DNA of 64,000 nucleotides from Eledone cirrhosa (GCA_964016885.1 OZ024741.1:92008001-92072000); one strand, 5' to 3'; positions 1 through 12,664 are shown, counted from the first letter of the stretch. Numbers and translations: made by a program. Notes: generated from the sequence alone by a model not told the origin.

Positions 1-540
1 TGTAACTGTGATGTTCATGCTTCTCTATGACCGTTAGAAACTTAAGGGATATGTTATAACACCAATAGACCTCTTCAACATATTACTATCCTAACTCATC
101 GAGCTAACCTCCAGCTGCATATCGCTGTACTGTAACTGCAAGATATATGTCTCTAAAATATTGTTTTGTTTCTGACTAATCACAAAACTTTCATATAATT
201 GAAACAAACGAAGTGAAAGAAATTTAGTTCATCCAGGAATGTTAACGCAATGATTTCGTCTCAGCTTGCCGGAAGCTTCTCTCTTGTCTGCTGCATGGCT
301 TTCATCACAGATACTTTAAAACATTGCTTCTGTAATTACGAGTTGCTATGAATTGAATAAATTTATATTTTCTGAAAAAAACTACTCTACTCTTCAGTAA
401 TCGCTGAGAATACATTATAGAGTAGTTTATTGTAATGTAATGTGCGTAGAACAACTGAATGTGACAACTGATGCGTCTTTCATAATTTCAGCCTCGGGAT
501 GATTGTAGAAACAAACAAAAAATTGGTTTGATTAATAATT

Positions 541-564
541 CTCTCTCTCTCTCTCTCGCTCTCG

Positions 565-615
<51 letters not shown>

Positions 616-696
616 GCACACACACACACACACGCACACACACACACGCACGCACGCACACATATACGCACACACACACGCACACACACGCACATA
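541..696. repeat. (CT)n-(CA)n compound microsatellite
   Basis: Direct reading; explains ORFs 480-794. Confidence 0.95.
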
Positions 697-1020
697 CAGA
701 GCTGTGCCTAGAATGGATATCTGTTGGTTTCGACGATGAGTGTTCCAGTTGCACGCTCGATCAATGGATCAGCATGTTCGTGAAATTAAAATAAATACGG
801 CTGGGCATTTTATTCCATAGACCATGAAACTTTAATGTAATACTCATGGAGGTTCATCATATTAACTGAAACATTTATCATCCGAACCGATGTAGACTCA
901 ACACATGCGTACCTTTTTCTAACAGCCTCGTAAATCGCTATCAAAAGAATAATTTAATATATATATCGTATGTAGAACGGAGTAAACCATCAAATCATTG
1001 AAATGTTTCGAAGAAAAAGC

Positions 1021-1195
1021 GTAGGTGCAGCAGTGGGTGTGTGGTTAAGGAGTCCACCTCACAACCTCGTTGTTTCATGTTTAATCACACTGCGCAGTAC
1101 CTTGGGACAGTATTTTCTATTATAGACTTGAGTTGAAAAAATGCCTTGTGAGTGGAATACGGTAGACGGAAACTGTTAAGGATCGTTGTATATAC
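1021..1195 (+). mobile_element. Degenerate tRNA-derived SINE (family A)
   Basis: tRNA-like head (GTGTGGTTAAG), body GCCTTGTGAGTGG...GGTAGACGGAAACTG, microsatellite tail; related copy at ~19090-19225. Confidence 0.6.
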
Positions 1196-1217
1196 ATACA
1201 AACATACATACATACTT

Positions 1218-1310
<93 letters not shown>

Positions 1311-1441
1311 GAGATTGGAAATAGCACGGAAAATATATTTAAGGGTCTGTTTGTCTTTTTTTTCTTTTATTTGATTTGTCAAAGTGACATTATTGAAAAA
1401 ATGAGAGGGACAATTCTTTTTAAAAAAAATTTTCTAATGTA

Positions 1442-2245
1442 CTAGTTGGCCCGGCTAGGTATACCGGGATTTTATCTTTGCACTCCAGTGCAAAGATACC
1501 GCATGCCCTCTCAAGTCAGCGGGATGGGAGGGGGGGTTAACGTGCTCTGATGTTGGGTTTGAATAGTTTTTAGGATTCCCCAGTTCAGCAAATTATTTAA
1601 ATTACATTGTTAGAGCCTCAGAGTATACAATATTTTTTGTTCCTCCCTCCGGAGCAAAGATGAAGAGATTGTTTGGTGAGCTCACCCTAGAGCATCCTAC
1701 ATACAATTGACCATGGGAGAATCAATGATTTCGTAGCTTGTCTCGCGGAGAAGCTCTGTAGACGTTGACCTCTGGACACTCCTTTCAGGAGCAGGTAAGC
1801 TGTAGTGCCTTAGAGGCCTACCACCATTCTCCAGGACACTGTTTTCAAGACAAATGAGCGCCTCATTGAAAATTGGATTGTGTCTGCGTGTGCGGTGGAG
1901 GATGTCCTCAGCTAGACTTTCACGGTGGTTGTTCCACAGTGCGAGAGGGTCGGCGAGATCGCAGTTGTGCAGCATAATAGCAAAAAGTTTTCGCAGCTGA
2001 GAAGGGACTTTAGAAGTTGCTGCTTCTTGCAGGGTGAGGTGCCAATGGCTGTCATCGTGTAACATACCACGCATCTGGCAAGCCAAACGGTAAATGGAAC
2101 ATTGATGGCCATTGATGGTTCTCAGATCTTGGAAGGACTGTGGTCCTCTAACCTCGAATAGTAATAATGACGATAAGCCGTCTGTGCTTTCGTGAAATAA
2201 ATAGGTTGTTGTTTTTGTGTATGCAAAAATATCTGTACACTAATA
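1442..2245 (-). mobile_element. Internally deleted Helitron, 3' part
   Basis: Minus-strand 3' terminus CCCGG-TATACCTAG-CCGGG-CCAA-CTAG|T at 1442-1468, with RepHel coding remnants upstream. Confidence 0.85.
1602..2175 (-). pseudogene. Helitron RepHel remnant (Rep-helicase linker fused to Pif1 helicase C-terminus)
   Basis: LLLFEVRGPQSFQDLRTING..ACQMRGMLHDDSHWHLTLQEAA..PSQLRKLFA (typical Helitron linker) joined out of frame to FSHGQLYVGCSRV..TKNIVYSEAL (helicase motif VI, stop 1602-1604). Confidence 0.9.
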
Positions 2246-2847
2246 TCTATATTACTAAAACAGAGAATGTCTGTTTGTCTGTCTGTCCGTCTGACCAATC
2301 ACTAAAACTCGAGAACCACCCAACCGATTGTTTTCAAACTTTACACATGTAATTCTTATGGTCCTATTGAGTGTTCTGAGCAAAACAAAGTTCAAATTTT
2401 CAATGACCTAGGGACTGCATTAGGCGATTTAGTGATCTCTTTCTTTCTCTCCTAGTCTTTCTCTTTTTAGATAGATACATAGATATTACGTCGCGCCCTT
2501 ATAATATCTGTCTGTATGCCTGACTGTCTGCATTACGTCATTATGACGCGTTCAGTGTGTGTGTGTGTATATATAATTGTCACAAGTGTAGTGTTTGTAC
2601 TAGAGTTTTCAGGTCGCTGGCTGGACTAAAAAGTCACACTCGTTCAGCGCATTGGTAGGGGTTCTCCTACATGGATATAAAGTAGTGGCCGTACTCGAAA
2701 ACGAGTTGGCAGCCACCAAAGTGTATATATATATTCTCATGCCAGGGAACATCTTCACGAACCAAAGTATCGTCTTCCTATTTTCCTTCGGCTGCAACGT
2801 TTTTCGAAATATTTACATCTGCGTTCACAGATTGATTTTTTTATTTT

Positions 2848-2898
2848 AGTTTCAGAAGATCCCGTTAAGGGTGAAAGCAGCGATTCTTTGCTTAAACT
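2848..2898 (+). ncRNA. Type I hammerhead-like motif, variant core CAGAAGA
   Basis: AGTTT-CAGAAGA-T-CCC-GTTAA-GGG-T-GAAA-GCA-loop-TGC-TT-AAACT; stems I, II and III all form; identical to 12598-12648. Confidence 0.55.
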
Positions 2899-2913
2899 TT
2901 AATCTGTTCTTTT

Positions 2914-2962
<49 letters not shown>

Positions 2963-3574
2963 TTTTAGCCTAGGAAAATACCTATATGCGTGTATAAATA
3001 ATACATGCATATATTTATTTTTTTAAAATCTAATTGAGTTCTTCACACGCAAGGTTAGAATTGTTGAAAAAATTAATTGACCCGCGTGTATATTATTTTA
3101 CCTTCTTATGTTTCGCGATGACCTCCCCTTTCCGCTTGATGACAGTGTGAGATTTCTCATTCTGAGACTGCTGGAATTTCAAATTTGGCGGTCATTCTGA
3201 TACGGAGAGAGACCATCGCCAACATTGGATTCGACATCGGTAAGAGAGTTTTTTTTATATCGATGTTTGACGGGCATCCACTGATGATTTATAAGTGCCC
3301 ACCTGCATATGTTCCTACGGAATGTGTGCAGGCTTCTACATAACCTGGACACATTTTCCCAAATTGTAGAAAACTTATAATGAAACAATTGTTTGGAAAG
3401 GGAGATATATTTTAATTATGTCTCATATAAAATAATACAACTGGCTTTCCGCAAAATACATATAGTTAGCACCTCAAACGTAAAATTGGGATTATACTAA
3501 GGTATATCCTAATGTTTGTTGAGTGAGATGGAAGCCAGTCAGAGTATAGCTTAAAGCTTTCTCTGTTAATGTAT

Positions 3575-3632
<58 letters not shown>

Positions 3633-3815
3633 TATATTCGTGTACAGATATTTGTGCATACACAATAACAAAATATAAACAAAAGTATTTATTTCGCGAT
3701 AAAGTATTGATTTTCTTCGCACGCAAAAACCCTGGTAATGTACAACGATATTTTTTTTATAAGCACAAAATGTAGACACCATCCTGAGGCCGAGGTATTC
3801 CGTACTTCTCTCTAC

Positions 3816-3863
<48 letters not shown>

Positions 3864-3868
<5 letters not shown>

Positions 3869-4061
3869 AACGAGTGGGACCCCGACGGCTGAGCTCAAGC
3901 CGTTTCGACGGCTAATTCTGAGTCCAGAATTAGCCGTCGAAACGGCTTGAGCTCAGCCGTCGGGGTCCCACTCGTTCCTATTACCCACTCTACTACCCTA
4001 AGTATTGAGTACTTTGGTGCGTTATGGTCCACCTGGTTCCTTACCACATTTTTCCTTCGTT
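3864..4061 (+). mobile_element. Short fold-back element (perfect 57-bp palindromic arms + conserved ~80-bp tail) in (TA)n
   Basis: Arms 3864-3920 and 3925-3981, loop AGTC; homologous copies at 15258-15446 (-) and 55340-55545 (+). Confidence 0.85.
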
Positions 4062-4092
4062 ATATATATATATATATCTGTACACGAATATA

Positions 4093-4153
<61 letters not shown>

Positions 4154-4206
4154 TTATATATATATATCGTTATATATATATATATCTATATCTGTACACG
4201 AATATA

Positions 4207-4259
<53 letters not shown>

Positions 4260-4272
4260 GTACACGAATATA

Positions 4273-4323
<51 letters not shown>

Positions 4324-4336
4324 GTACACGAATATA

Positions 4337-4441
<105 letters not shown>

Positions 4442-4596
4442 AATTATATATTCGTGTACAGATATTTTTGCATACACAATAACAAAATATAAACAAACGT
4501 AGTTATTTCACGAGTCTCGATAAGGATAAATATATATCAAATATATAAGAACCCTAGAGCAAATCCCGAGCAACGCCGGGCCATTCTTCTAGTATA

Positions 4597-5054
4597 TATT
4601 AAAATAACAGATTAAAGTTTAAGCAAAGAATCGCTGCTTTCACCCTTAACGAGATTTTCTGGAACTTAAAATATCCGTCTGTGAACGCAGAAGTAAATAT
4701 TTTGAAAAACGGTATCTAATGCAGACAGTCAGTCAAGCAGAGACATATTACAAGGGCGCTACGTTATAGCTATGTATCTATCTAAAAAGACAGACTAAGA
4801 GAAAGAGGGGAATGCTGTGCGACGTCATAAGAAAAAGTGAGGAATGACGTATAACCGGAAGTGTTGACATTTGAAATTTTAAAGAAGTGAATATTTAAAT
4901 AATGTCTTTAATCTTTTAAGAAAATTCAGTAGACAAAAATACCCTCATTGTTTTACTTGGAAAAAGTTACATCTATGGCACAAATTTGGTGCTGTTTGGT
5001 CCAGCCATTTGGCGGAAAGTTTGGTACCTACAGCCGTCAGCTTTATAGTATAGA
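4597..5054 (-). mobile_element. Helitron-like 5' fragment carrying a degenerate copy of the HHR-like module
   Basis: Minus start A|TCTATACTATAAAGCTG at 5054; 4716-4808 is an inverted homolog of ~2440-2535; 4597-4710 is an inverted homolog of ~2800-2915. Confidence 0.6.
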
Positions 5055-5207
5055 TATAAAGTATATAAATTATTACCGGTTTCGATGTATTAGTAAAATC
5101 CATCTTATTAAATGTTGAGTATTACAAAGAGAATTAATAAGAATTAAAAACTAAAAATCAAAGATTTAAAATTAACTGTTGAGGTAAGTTTTTTTTTTCA
5201 TCTTCCT

Positions 5208-5284
<77 letters not shown>

Positions 5285-5319
5285 GACGATATATTATGTC
5301 TTCGTTGCGTTTATTGAGT

Positions 5320-5404
5320 AGTGACGCGCGTTTCGCTATTGATCAGCTCAAAGTTAGATCTGTATCGATCTAGCCCCACTCTGGAATCAAAAGCTCGTCT
5401 GACC
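5320..5404 (-). ncRNA. Hammerhead-like motif with long stem II
   Basis: GGT-CAGACGA-GCT(T)TTGAT...ATCAA(T)AGC-GAAAC-GCGC-GTC-ACT; palindromic stem III; stem I only 3 bp. Confidence 0.5.
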
Positions 5405-5974
5405 TCTGTAGTGTTAATGTTTGTTTTTATATATATATAAACAAACATTAACAATTAGAGATCTTCTAGTCATATCACTTTATTGTAATACGAGTAGAAG
5501 ATTTAAATGTCGATTTATTAGATCCATAGGATAAAAATTTGAATTTCTGGAGAACCTATAGCTTCTATTATGTTTTAATTCCATATATTCGATCTTGCTA
5601 TAATGAAAATAGAGATTTTATATATCATTACTCATCGATATTTTCTGCGATGGATGAAACGTTCGTAGAATGAATAAAATGACTTCCTATACTCTTGATT
5701 TATTATTTACTATATATGTGTGTGTGTGTCAAGTTTTATATAGAAATGGCTTCTACGGGAGTAGAAATGTTTCATTCAAAAGAAATCATCAGGAAAGGGA
5801 TTTCGTGGTGATTATTTTTAATGAAACAGTTCTAGTCCTGTACAAGCCATTTCTACATTAAATTTGATGTGTCCCCTCTACTAATGTATTGAATACCTTA
5901 CTAACTTTGGTTAACCCCGATTGAACCCGGGACTCATATATATATACATATATATATAGTCTAAAGTCTGTATT

Positions 5975-6375
<401 letters not shown>

Positions 6376-6889
6376 TGCGTGTGTATTCTGGAAGTTTGCG
6401 GTTCGACAAAAAAGATATTGATGTAAATAAGTATTAAGGTTAAGAAAATAAAAACTCCGGTCAGTAAGACCGACTAAAATCCCTTTAAGGCTGTGCCCTA
6501 GCATGACCTCAATCTAATATCTGAAACCAGTAAAAGAAAACAAAAAGAGTATAAAAATAAAGTAGAAAAGGTTTTGCTAGAAATTTTAGCATAAAACTGT
6601 TTATACGTGATCATGATATTATGTCTGCTATACTCCAGAGTCACAAAGGCCATATATAGTATCAATGCCGCAGGGTACCCGTACCTTGTTTAGGACATAT
6701 GATAATCTTTTTCGCACTTTACAGTTACTACTGCCGCCTTGTGGAGTTTCTGTTTATGTGGGATTTTTTAAGAAACTTGCTGAAATTAAGCAATTTTTAA
6801 GAATGCAGTAATGAAAGTGTGTTAGACCTCCATAGATTCCGACTACGAGTATTTAAGTTATTCAAAAAACGGAAGAAGCCTCCTCATTT

Positions 6890-7125
6890 TGTTAACGTGC
6901 TGAATAATTCAAAGACACGTGCACCTTTAACGTGATTCTCAGGGAGTTTCAACGTGGCACAGTGTGTGATCAGGCTGGTCATTGAATTACAGGTAGAATA
7001 CGTTTATTTTTTCAGCCGATTGAACCAGGGCAAAGGGAAATAAAGTATTTAGCATAAGGATATAATGCTTCACCGAGAATCGAATTCTATACCCTACGAT
7101 CTAGTCACGCACTAACCACGCACCA
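6890..7125 (-). mobile_element. SINE family B, degenerate
   Basis: GACACGTG..CCTTAACGT..TTCTC...TTGAATTACAGG body, also at ~17690-17900, 39290-39482, 46285-46580, 48075-48350, 50865-51085 and 52455-52910 (+). Confidence 0.65.
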
Positions 7126-7149
7126 ACACTGAATAGACTACAAAAGACG

Positions 7150-7530
7150 GGGGAATTGACAAAATTGTTTGCGCGTCGGACGAAACGTTTTGCATTATTT
7201 CGTTACAGCCCTGTCCATTCTGAGTTCAAATCCCGCCGAGGCGAACTTCGCCTTTCATCCTTCTGTGGTCGATAAAATAAAGTAACAGCCACGCACTGGA
7301 GTCGATTTAATCGACTTTTCCCTCCCCAAAAATTGCTGGCCTTGTGTCTATATAAGAAACCATTATTTCGTTACAGCCCTGTTTATCCTGAGTTCAAATC
7401 CCGCCGAAGCCAACTTTGCCTTTCATCCTTCTGTGGTTGATAAAGAGACAATTATGCACTGGAGTCGATATAATTGACTTTCCCATCCCCTCAAGTTGCT
7501 GACCATGTGCCTAAATTAGAAACCCTTTAT
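7150..7530 (+). mobile_element. Two tandem SINE family C copies
   Basis: B box GAGTTCAAATCC followed by CGCCGAGG..GCCTTTCATCC..GTCGATAAAATAAAGTA, occurring twice. Confidence 0.8.
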
Positions 7531-8044
7531 AGACAGAAATACCAACGTTCTCTGATTGTTGATATACTTTAATCATCTATAGCAGAGGAAATGCAGTTGA
7601 TAGCATCATCCAAGTCTTTTGTCCATCCATTACACATTCCGGCTCTACTGTTCGTTTTCTACCAGTCCACCTCCTCTTCCTTTTCTTATTTCCGAATTAA
7701 TAATGAAAATTAATTAAATCCCCGTAAAATATTTCCGATAAACACGCAACGATTTAATTTTTTTCCTTTCCTTTTCTTTTTAAGATCACATGAAATCTTT
7801 CTTAAACAAAAACACAAACAAATGGTCAATAAACGAATGATGTTTCTTTAAACTAATTGGAAACTAAGGAAATATATTTCGTTTAAAAATCAAATTATCG
7901 GCTGAATTTTGTAAATAACAGTACCTTCAATGAAATGAAATTTGTTTTATACATCCATCCATACATACAAACATACATACATACATGCATTTCATGCATG
8001 CATACATACATGCATGCATGCATACATACATACATGCATACATG

Positions 8045-8345
8045 ATGTCTGCCCCCTCGTTATCGAGTATGGCCATTGCATGATATACCATTATTAATAA
8101 TTATTAATTAATTCTATCGTACAATGCCCGTGCGTGAAGATATTTTTTAAAGTGAGGAAAGTCTGTGCACTGAACCAATCCCTCTCTCTGCGCGACAGCA
8201 GCTATAACCCGAAAAGAAGAAAAGATCAACATCATCGGTAACTACTGAGCCGCAGGTTTTATATAGGAGTCATCCCAGTTTCCTGAGTTGCCTTCTAGAA
8301 GAATGCCCTGACAAAGGCTAGGGGTCCTTCACTCCCAGTGGTTTA
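8045..8345 (-). mobile_element. RTE-type 5'UTR-like dispersed repeat
   Basis: Homologous to 36900-37120 and more weakly to 60290-60480, which lies directly upstream of an RTE endonuclease ORF. Confidence 0.5.
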
Positions 8346-8595
8346 ACCGTGCGGTACATGTGTATATACATATTTACACACTTTTCAAAGGGCGGAAGAA
8401 CATGCATACATACATGCATGTATACATATATACATACATACATACATACATGCATAAATGCATACATGCATGCATACATACATACACGCATACATGCATA
8501 CATACATACATACATACATACATACATACATACATACATACATACATACATACATACATACATAGATATAACTATTAGGTCATAAACCGCCGTTT

Positions 8596-9012
8596 CAGAA
8601 CCGGCGCCTACAATGTGCGTGGCCTACACAGAGCCACACAGCGCCTCATTCTCTAAAATAAAGCAGGTTCAACTTACAATTTGATAGGCTGAGGAACTTA
8701 GTTTTTAACACTTCTTGTTCTAAAAACACTAAAAAAAAATTACAAAGCTTACATTTTCCACTATACAGTCCACACTCATCCGTGCTAACACATGTGGCCA
8801 CTCATAACATTATACGATCCGGAGCTTTAGATATTTCCTTAACATTGCTACGTGACAAAGGTGTTTAGTAATTTATTTATTGACCACTGGAAATTTTTAT
8901 ATATTTAATTCAATAATACAAATTTGTGATCCATTAAGATTCAGTAATGCGCTTATTTGCGTTCTACGTCATAAGACACCGCCTAGTGGGCCGTAATGCA
9001 GCGCCGGCACTG
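8596..9012. mobile_element. Possible hAT-like MITE
   Basis: Imperfect TIRs CAGAACCGGCGC / GCGCCGGCACTG; no clear TSD. Confidence 0.35.
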
Positions 9013-9266
9013 CCTCCCATCACACAGTAATCGATGGTAACCAACGTCTAAAACTACGAAACTTAACTACTAAATGTTTAAATGATAATTTATAATGGCT
9101 AAATATTTTTTAATGGAACAGAATTTAATGCACTTAACGAGTCGTATGTGTCCCAAACTTGGAGATGTAAAGTGAATATGCGAAGGAAATTGCATAACTC
9201 TCCATAAAGCATAACGTATGCATTTTCAGTCTCTCTTTTGCACCTTTCACTCACCGTTTCTCACTT

Positions 9267-9344
<78 letters not shown>

Positions 9345-9500
9345 AAAGAATAGAGGTGTAACACACAAGTTATTATATATTGGTAAACGGAATAGAAAAT
9401 GCTGACAAATTGTTCACAGTTGAAAAATGGTTTAATTAGGAATAAAAGAGTATTAGTGATTGTATGGGTTAGTATTCAGTTGTGGTTTTAAGTTTTTAAG

Positions 9501-9539
9501 TTTTTACCGGTTGCGCATTTCTAAATGCTTTTCAAAAAT
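9501..9539 (-). ncRNA. Variant or degenerate minimal hammerhead in the PLE 3' pLTR region
   Basis: TTTT-TTGAAAA-GCATTT-AG-AAATGC-GCAA-CCGG-TA-AAAA; U3/A8 replaces C3/G8, A13 is C, palindromic stem III ACCGGT. Confidence 0.45.
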
Positions 9540-9964
9540 AATTTTGAGATAGAGTGTCCGTGCTGTTTGCTCTGATGTGATTAGTTTTGGGAATTCTACC
9601 TGTTTTTATGTTTAAAAAGTGGCTCCAGCGTTATTTTTGTGTTGCAAAAATGCTTGTGGTCAAAACAATTTTGATTGGTCGGTAGAGGTCATGTGAATGT
9701 AAAAAGTTGATTTTGCGCCAAGACTGTTTTTATGTTAAAAAAGTGGCTCCAGCAAAAATTCTTGTATACACTTAGCCAAACCCTAAATACCAGAATATGT
9801 AAAAATTAAACGCCATAACCATCAAATATACGTACGAGAAGGTATACATACCTTCACAAAACATACGGGTAATATATACTTACCTATGCAAATAAGTAAA
9901 GGAATAAACAAAACATATACTTAGCTCCCACATCAAGACGTAAAATATCCACGTATAGATCGTG

Positions 9965-12039
9965 CTATCCGTTAGGGTATAACGTGGGGCTGTAATACAG
10001 GAAAGTTTTGTGCAATTTATGTTTACAAGCCGAAATTGCCTCAGATTTTTTGTTTAAGATGTGGTCTGTGGCGTAGAGTATTTCCAGGGCCTCAGCGGCG
10101 CAGAGGTCACATGGTCTTTTATTTCCGTTATACGATCTAGCCCTAGCTAGGATCTCCCAGTGTAACTTATATTGGGTGTGGTTGTCTTTTAGACTCCAGA
10201 TATAAGCTGAAAGTGACGTCATATTCCTTCTTAGAGGGTAACGAAAAGAATGGGTATGCATGTAAAGACGCTGCTTGAAACTATTGGAGGTTAACCCTAT
10301 GTAGGCCCTACGGGACGTGGGTGTTACAACCTTACATTTGTAGACAATGTTACTAGAGAGGCATTTCTCGGATAGGGGGCAATCAGCCCGATTCCTACAA
10401 TTACAGTTAGTACTAACTACAGGGTTGCACGTGTTCCTACGGCTAGGTAGTTTGGCTAAATTTGAAGCTGTGATGTTATGTGCAAGGTTAGGAGTCGTAG
10501 AGTAAGAAATTTTAATAGTATTTCTATTAAAAATTTTACTATCTTTATGTGTAGGGGGAAAATGCTTCGTAATAAGGGAAAGAAAGATCTTAGCTAATGG
10601 TGTGGCCACCTCCATATTATATGGTGGGTTAAACCAACAAATGCGACGGGATCTATTTCTTCTAGGTCTATTTTCGTACTCTGTATATGCTACCTTATCG
10701 ACAAATCCACTTCGAGCAAGAGCTTCATTGTAATAAGTGGAATGGTCGTTGAAAATGCGCTCGTTGGTGGAAAGACGGGAAAGCCTCAACGAAACGTTTC
10801 TTACCAGGTTCTTGGTTATGCTGGCAGGATGGTTGGAATGCTTACTTATGTAATTAAGCGTATCATTCGGCTTTCTATACGGGTAATACAACCCATTCAA
10901 TAAATTGAGGGTAACGTCGAGGTAATTAACGACCGAGAGATTGGCCTCAACCTGTATAGAGAGGTTGAAGCCTTTAAAGAAGGCTGTGAGTTCTTTTCTG
11001 AACCTGTCGCAAGCGCGAGGTCCGCACTTAGTCATGGTCAAAAGACCATCGTCACGGTACAAACCACCGCCCGCGTTGGGGAATTCGTCCTTGATAGAGA
11101 AAAGAAGGAAAAGGCCAATAAGATCAGTAACCTCCGCAGAGTCACTGGCGCCCATACTCACGTCGAATGGGGTACTATTGGATTTTTTAATCCAAATAGA
11201 GTCGTCGAAATTAATCACCGACTTTCGGGCATTAAGGATGACATCAACTTCAAAATCCTTAACCACTGTGAGTGTTTTAGCGAAATTGATAGCTCTAAGG
11301 AGAAGTGGTAAAGTGATGGAGGAGTAGTAATTGTTGATGTCGAATTGGATAAAACGGCAATGTTCCTTGTTACATATGCCGTTGAACCAATCAATCACCG
11401 CGAAAGAATTGTTCCACAGTGCGAGAGGGGCCAAACTTCTAATTTCAGGGATAATTCTATCAAGAATCGTTTTACTAAGTCTACCTAAATCGGACTTCGT
11501 AGGGTTAATAAGCCGAATAGAGGGGTTGTTCGGAAAATTGGATTTGTGATCCTTCAGGGTAAAGTGGGGAGAGATAGGGTCCAGAGGTTCGGTCCGGTCC
11601 AGGATGTTGAGATCAGATGTGATTTTAAACCCAGCATCGTTGATTTCATTGATGACGCACCGATTAGTTTTACGGTAATCCTTAGTTATGCATTATGTAG
11701 TAGTTGATGGTAAGTACTGCGCTCCACTTGATATAGGTTGCCAGTTTTGTCGGAATGGACGTGCACGGCGTAAGAATCCTTAATAGAACGAATTCTATTC
11801 TTCAGGTCTTGCTGGAAGGAATTGCTCCTATTCCGAAATTTGATATTCCGAATGAGTTCCAAGACATCATTTTCGAAGGGTAGCAATGCTGGGTTCCACG
11901 GAGGGTTATTATAGGTTTTAAATCCAAATTTATCCTGTTTGTTGTCTGCTTTTCGCGGATTATCGAAATAAAAGGCACGCCAACGCAACCTTTTAATGAA
12001 CGCGTCTGTTTTCTGTATCAGGAGTTTTAGGTATGGTAA
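9965..12039 (-). pseudogene. PLE polyprotein (reverse transcriptase + GIY-YIG endonuclease), one frameshift near 11688, N-terminus missing
   Basis: YLKLLIQKTDAFIKRLRWRA, SDKTGNLY, TLKDHK..RLINP, QFDINNYYSSI, LYRDDGL, SNHP, WFNPPY, CNC..CPL..KCL, IVYKC..YIGLT..FKQR. The main frame is open from ~11688 to the stop at 9965. Confidence 0.95.
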
Positions 12040-12117
12040 GTTTTAGGTATGGTAAGGTATGGTAAGGTATGGTAAGGTAAGGTATGGTAAGGTATGGTAA
12101 GGTTAGGTATGGTAAGG
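12024..12117 (+). repeat. Irregular (GGTATGGTAA)n array at the PLE 5' truncation point
   Basis: About 8 copies; the first unit is the PLE's own coding sequence (L-P-Y-L-K on minus). Confidence 0.9.
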
Positions 12118-12251
12118 TTTTGCGTATGCTTGTGTATGTACGTATCTGTTTGCGTGTATGTATTTATTTGTTTCATTTACTTCTGTATTGTATTTATTTA
12201 CTTTGTTCTTAACTCTGTGGCGGAGATTCATTTGGTCTCCTAGTTAGAATT

Positions 12252-12507
12252 TTAGTCTACGACTTCTGCTATACCTTTTACGTGGTTTTGTCTTTGCGTA
12301 CTATGGTTCTCCACGCTCCACATATGACTTATTATCTTCGTTTTTTCGTTCATTGCCAGAGAACGTCTCTATGCACCACTTAAGAGAACATTAGTCTACG
12401 ACCTTTTTTATACCATTAACGTGGTTCTGTCTTTGCGCGTAATTGTTTTTCACCGCTCCTATTAATAACGTATTATTCGTTTTTTCCCGTTCTTTGCCAG
12501 CGAACGT
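12252..12507 (+). repeat. Diverged ~139-bp tandem duplication
   Basis: TTAGTCTACGAC...TTGCCAG.GAACG at 12252-12366 and 12391-12507. Confidence 0.7.
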
Positions 12508-12597
12508 TAGCACGAACCAAAGTATCGTCTTCCTGTCTTCCTCCGGTTGCAACGTTTTTTGAAATATCCAGTTCTGCGTTTACAGATTGACTTTGTT

Positions 12598-12648
12598 AGT
12601 TTCAGAAGATCCCGTTAAGGGTGAAAGCAGCGATTCTTTGCTTAAACT
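12598..12648 (+). ncRNA. Type I hammerhead-like motif, variant core CAGAAGA
   Basis: Identical to 2848-2898, within a ~155-bp module (12511-12665) ending in (TA)n. Confidence 0.55.
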
Positions 12649-12664
12649 TTAATCTGTTATTTTA

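Larger units (their letters stand above)
9341..12121 (-). mobile_element. Penelope-like retroelement (PLE), 5'-truncated, 3' end abutting (TA)n
   Basis: RT + GIY-YIG ORF, ~620-bp 3' non-coding region with an HHR-like motif, boundary at the (TA)n tract ending 9340. Confidence 0.9.
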
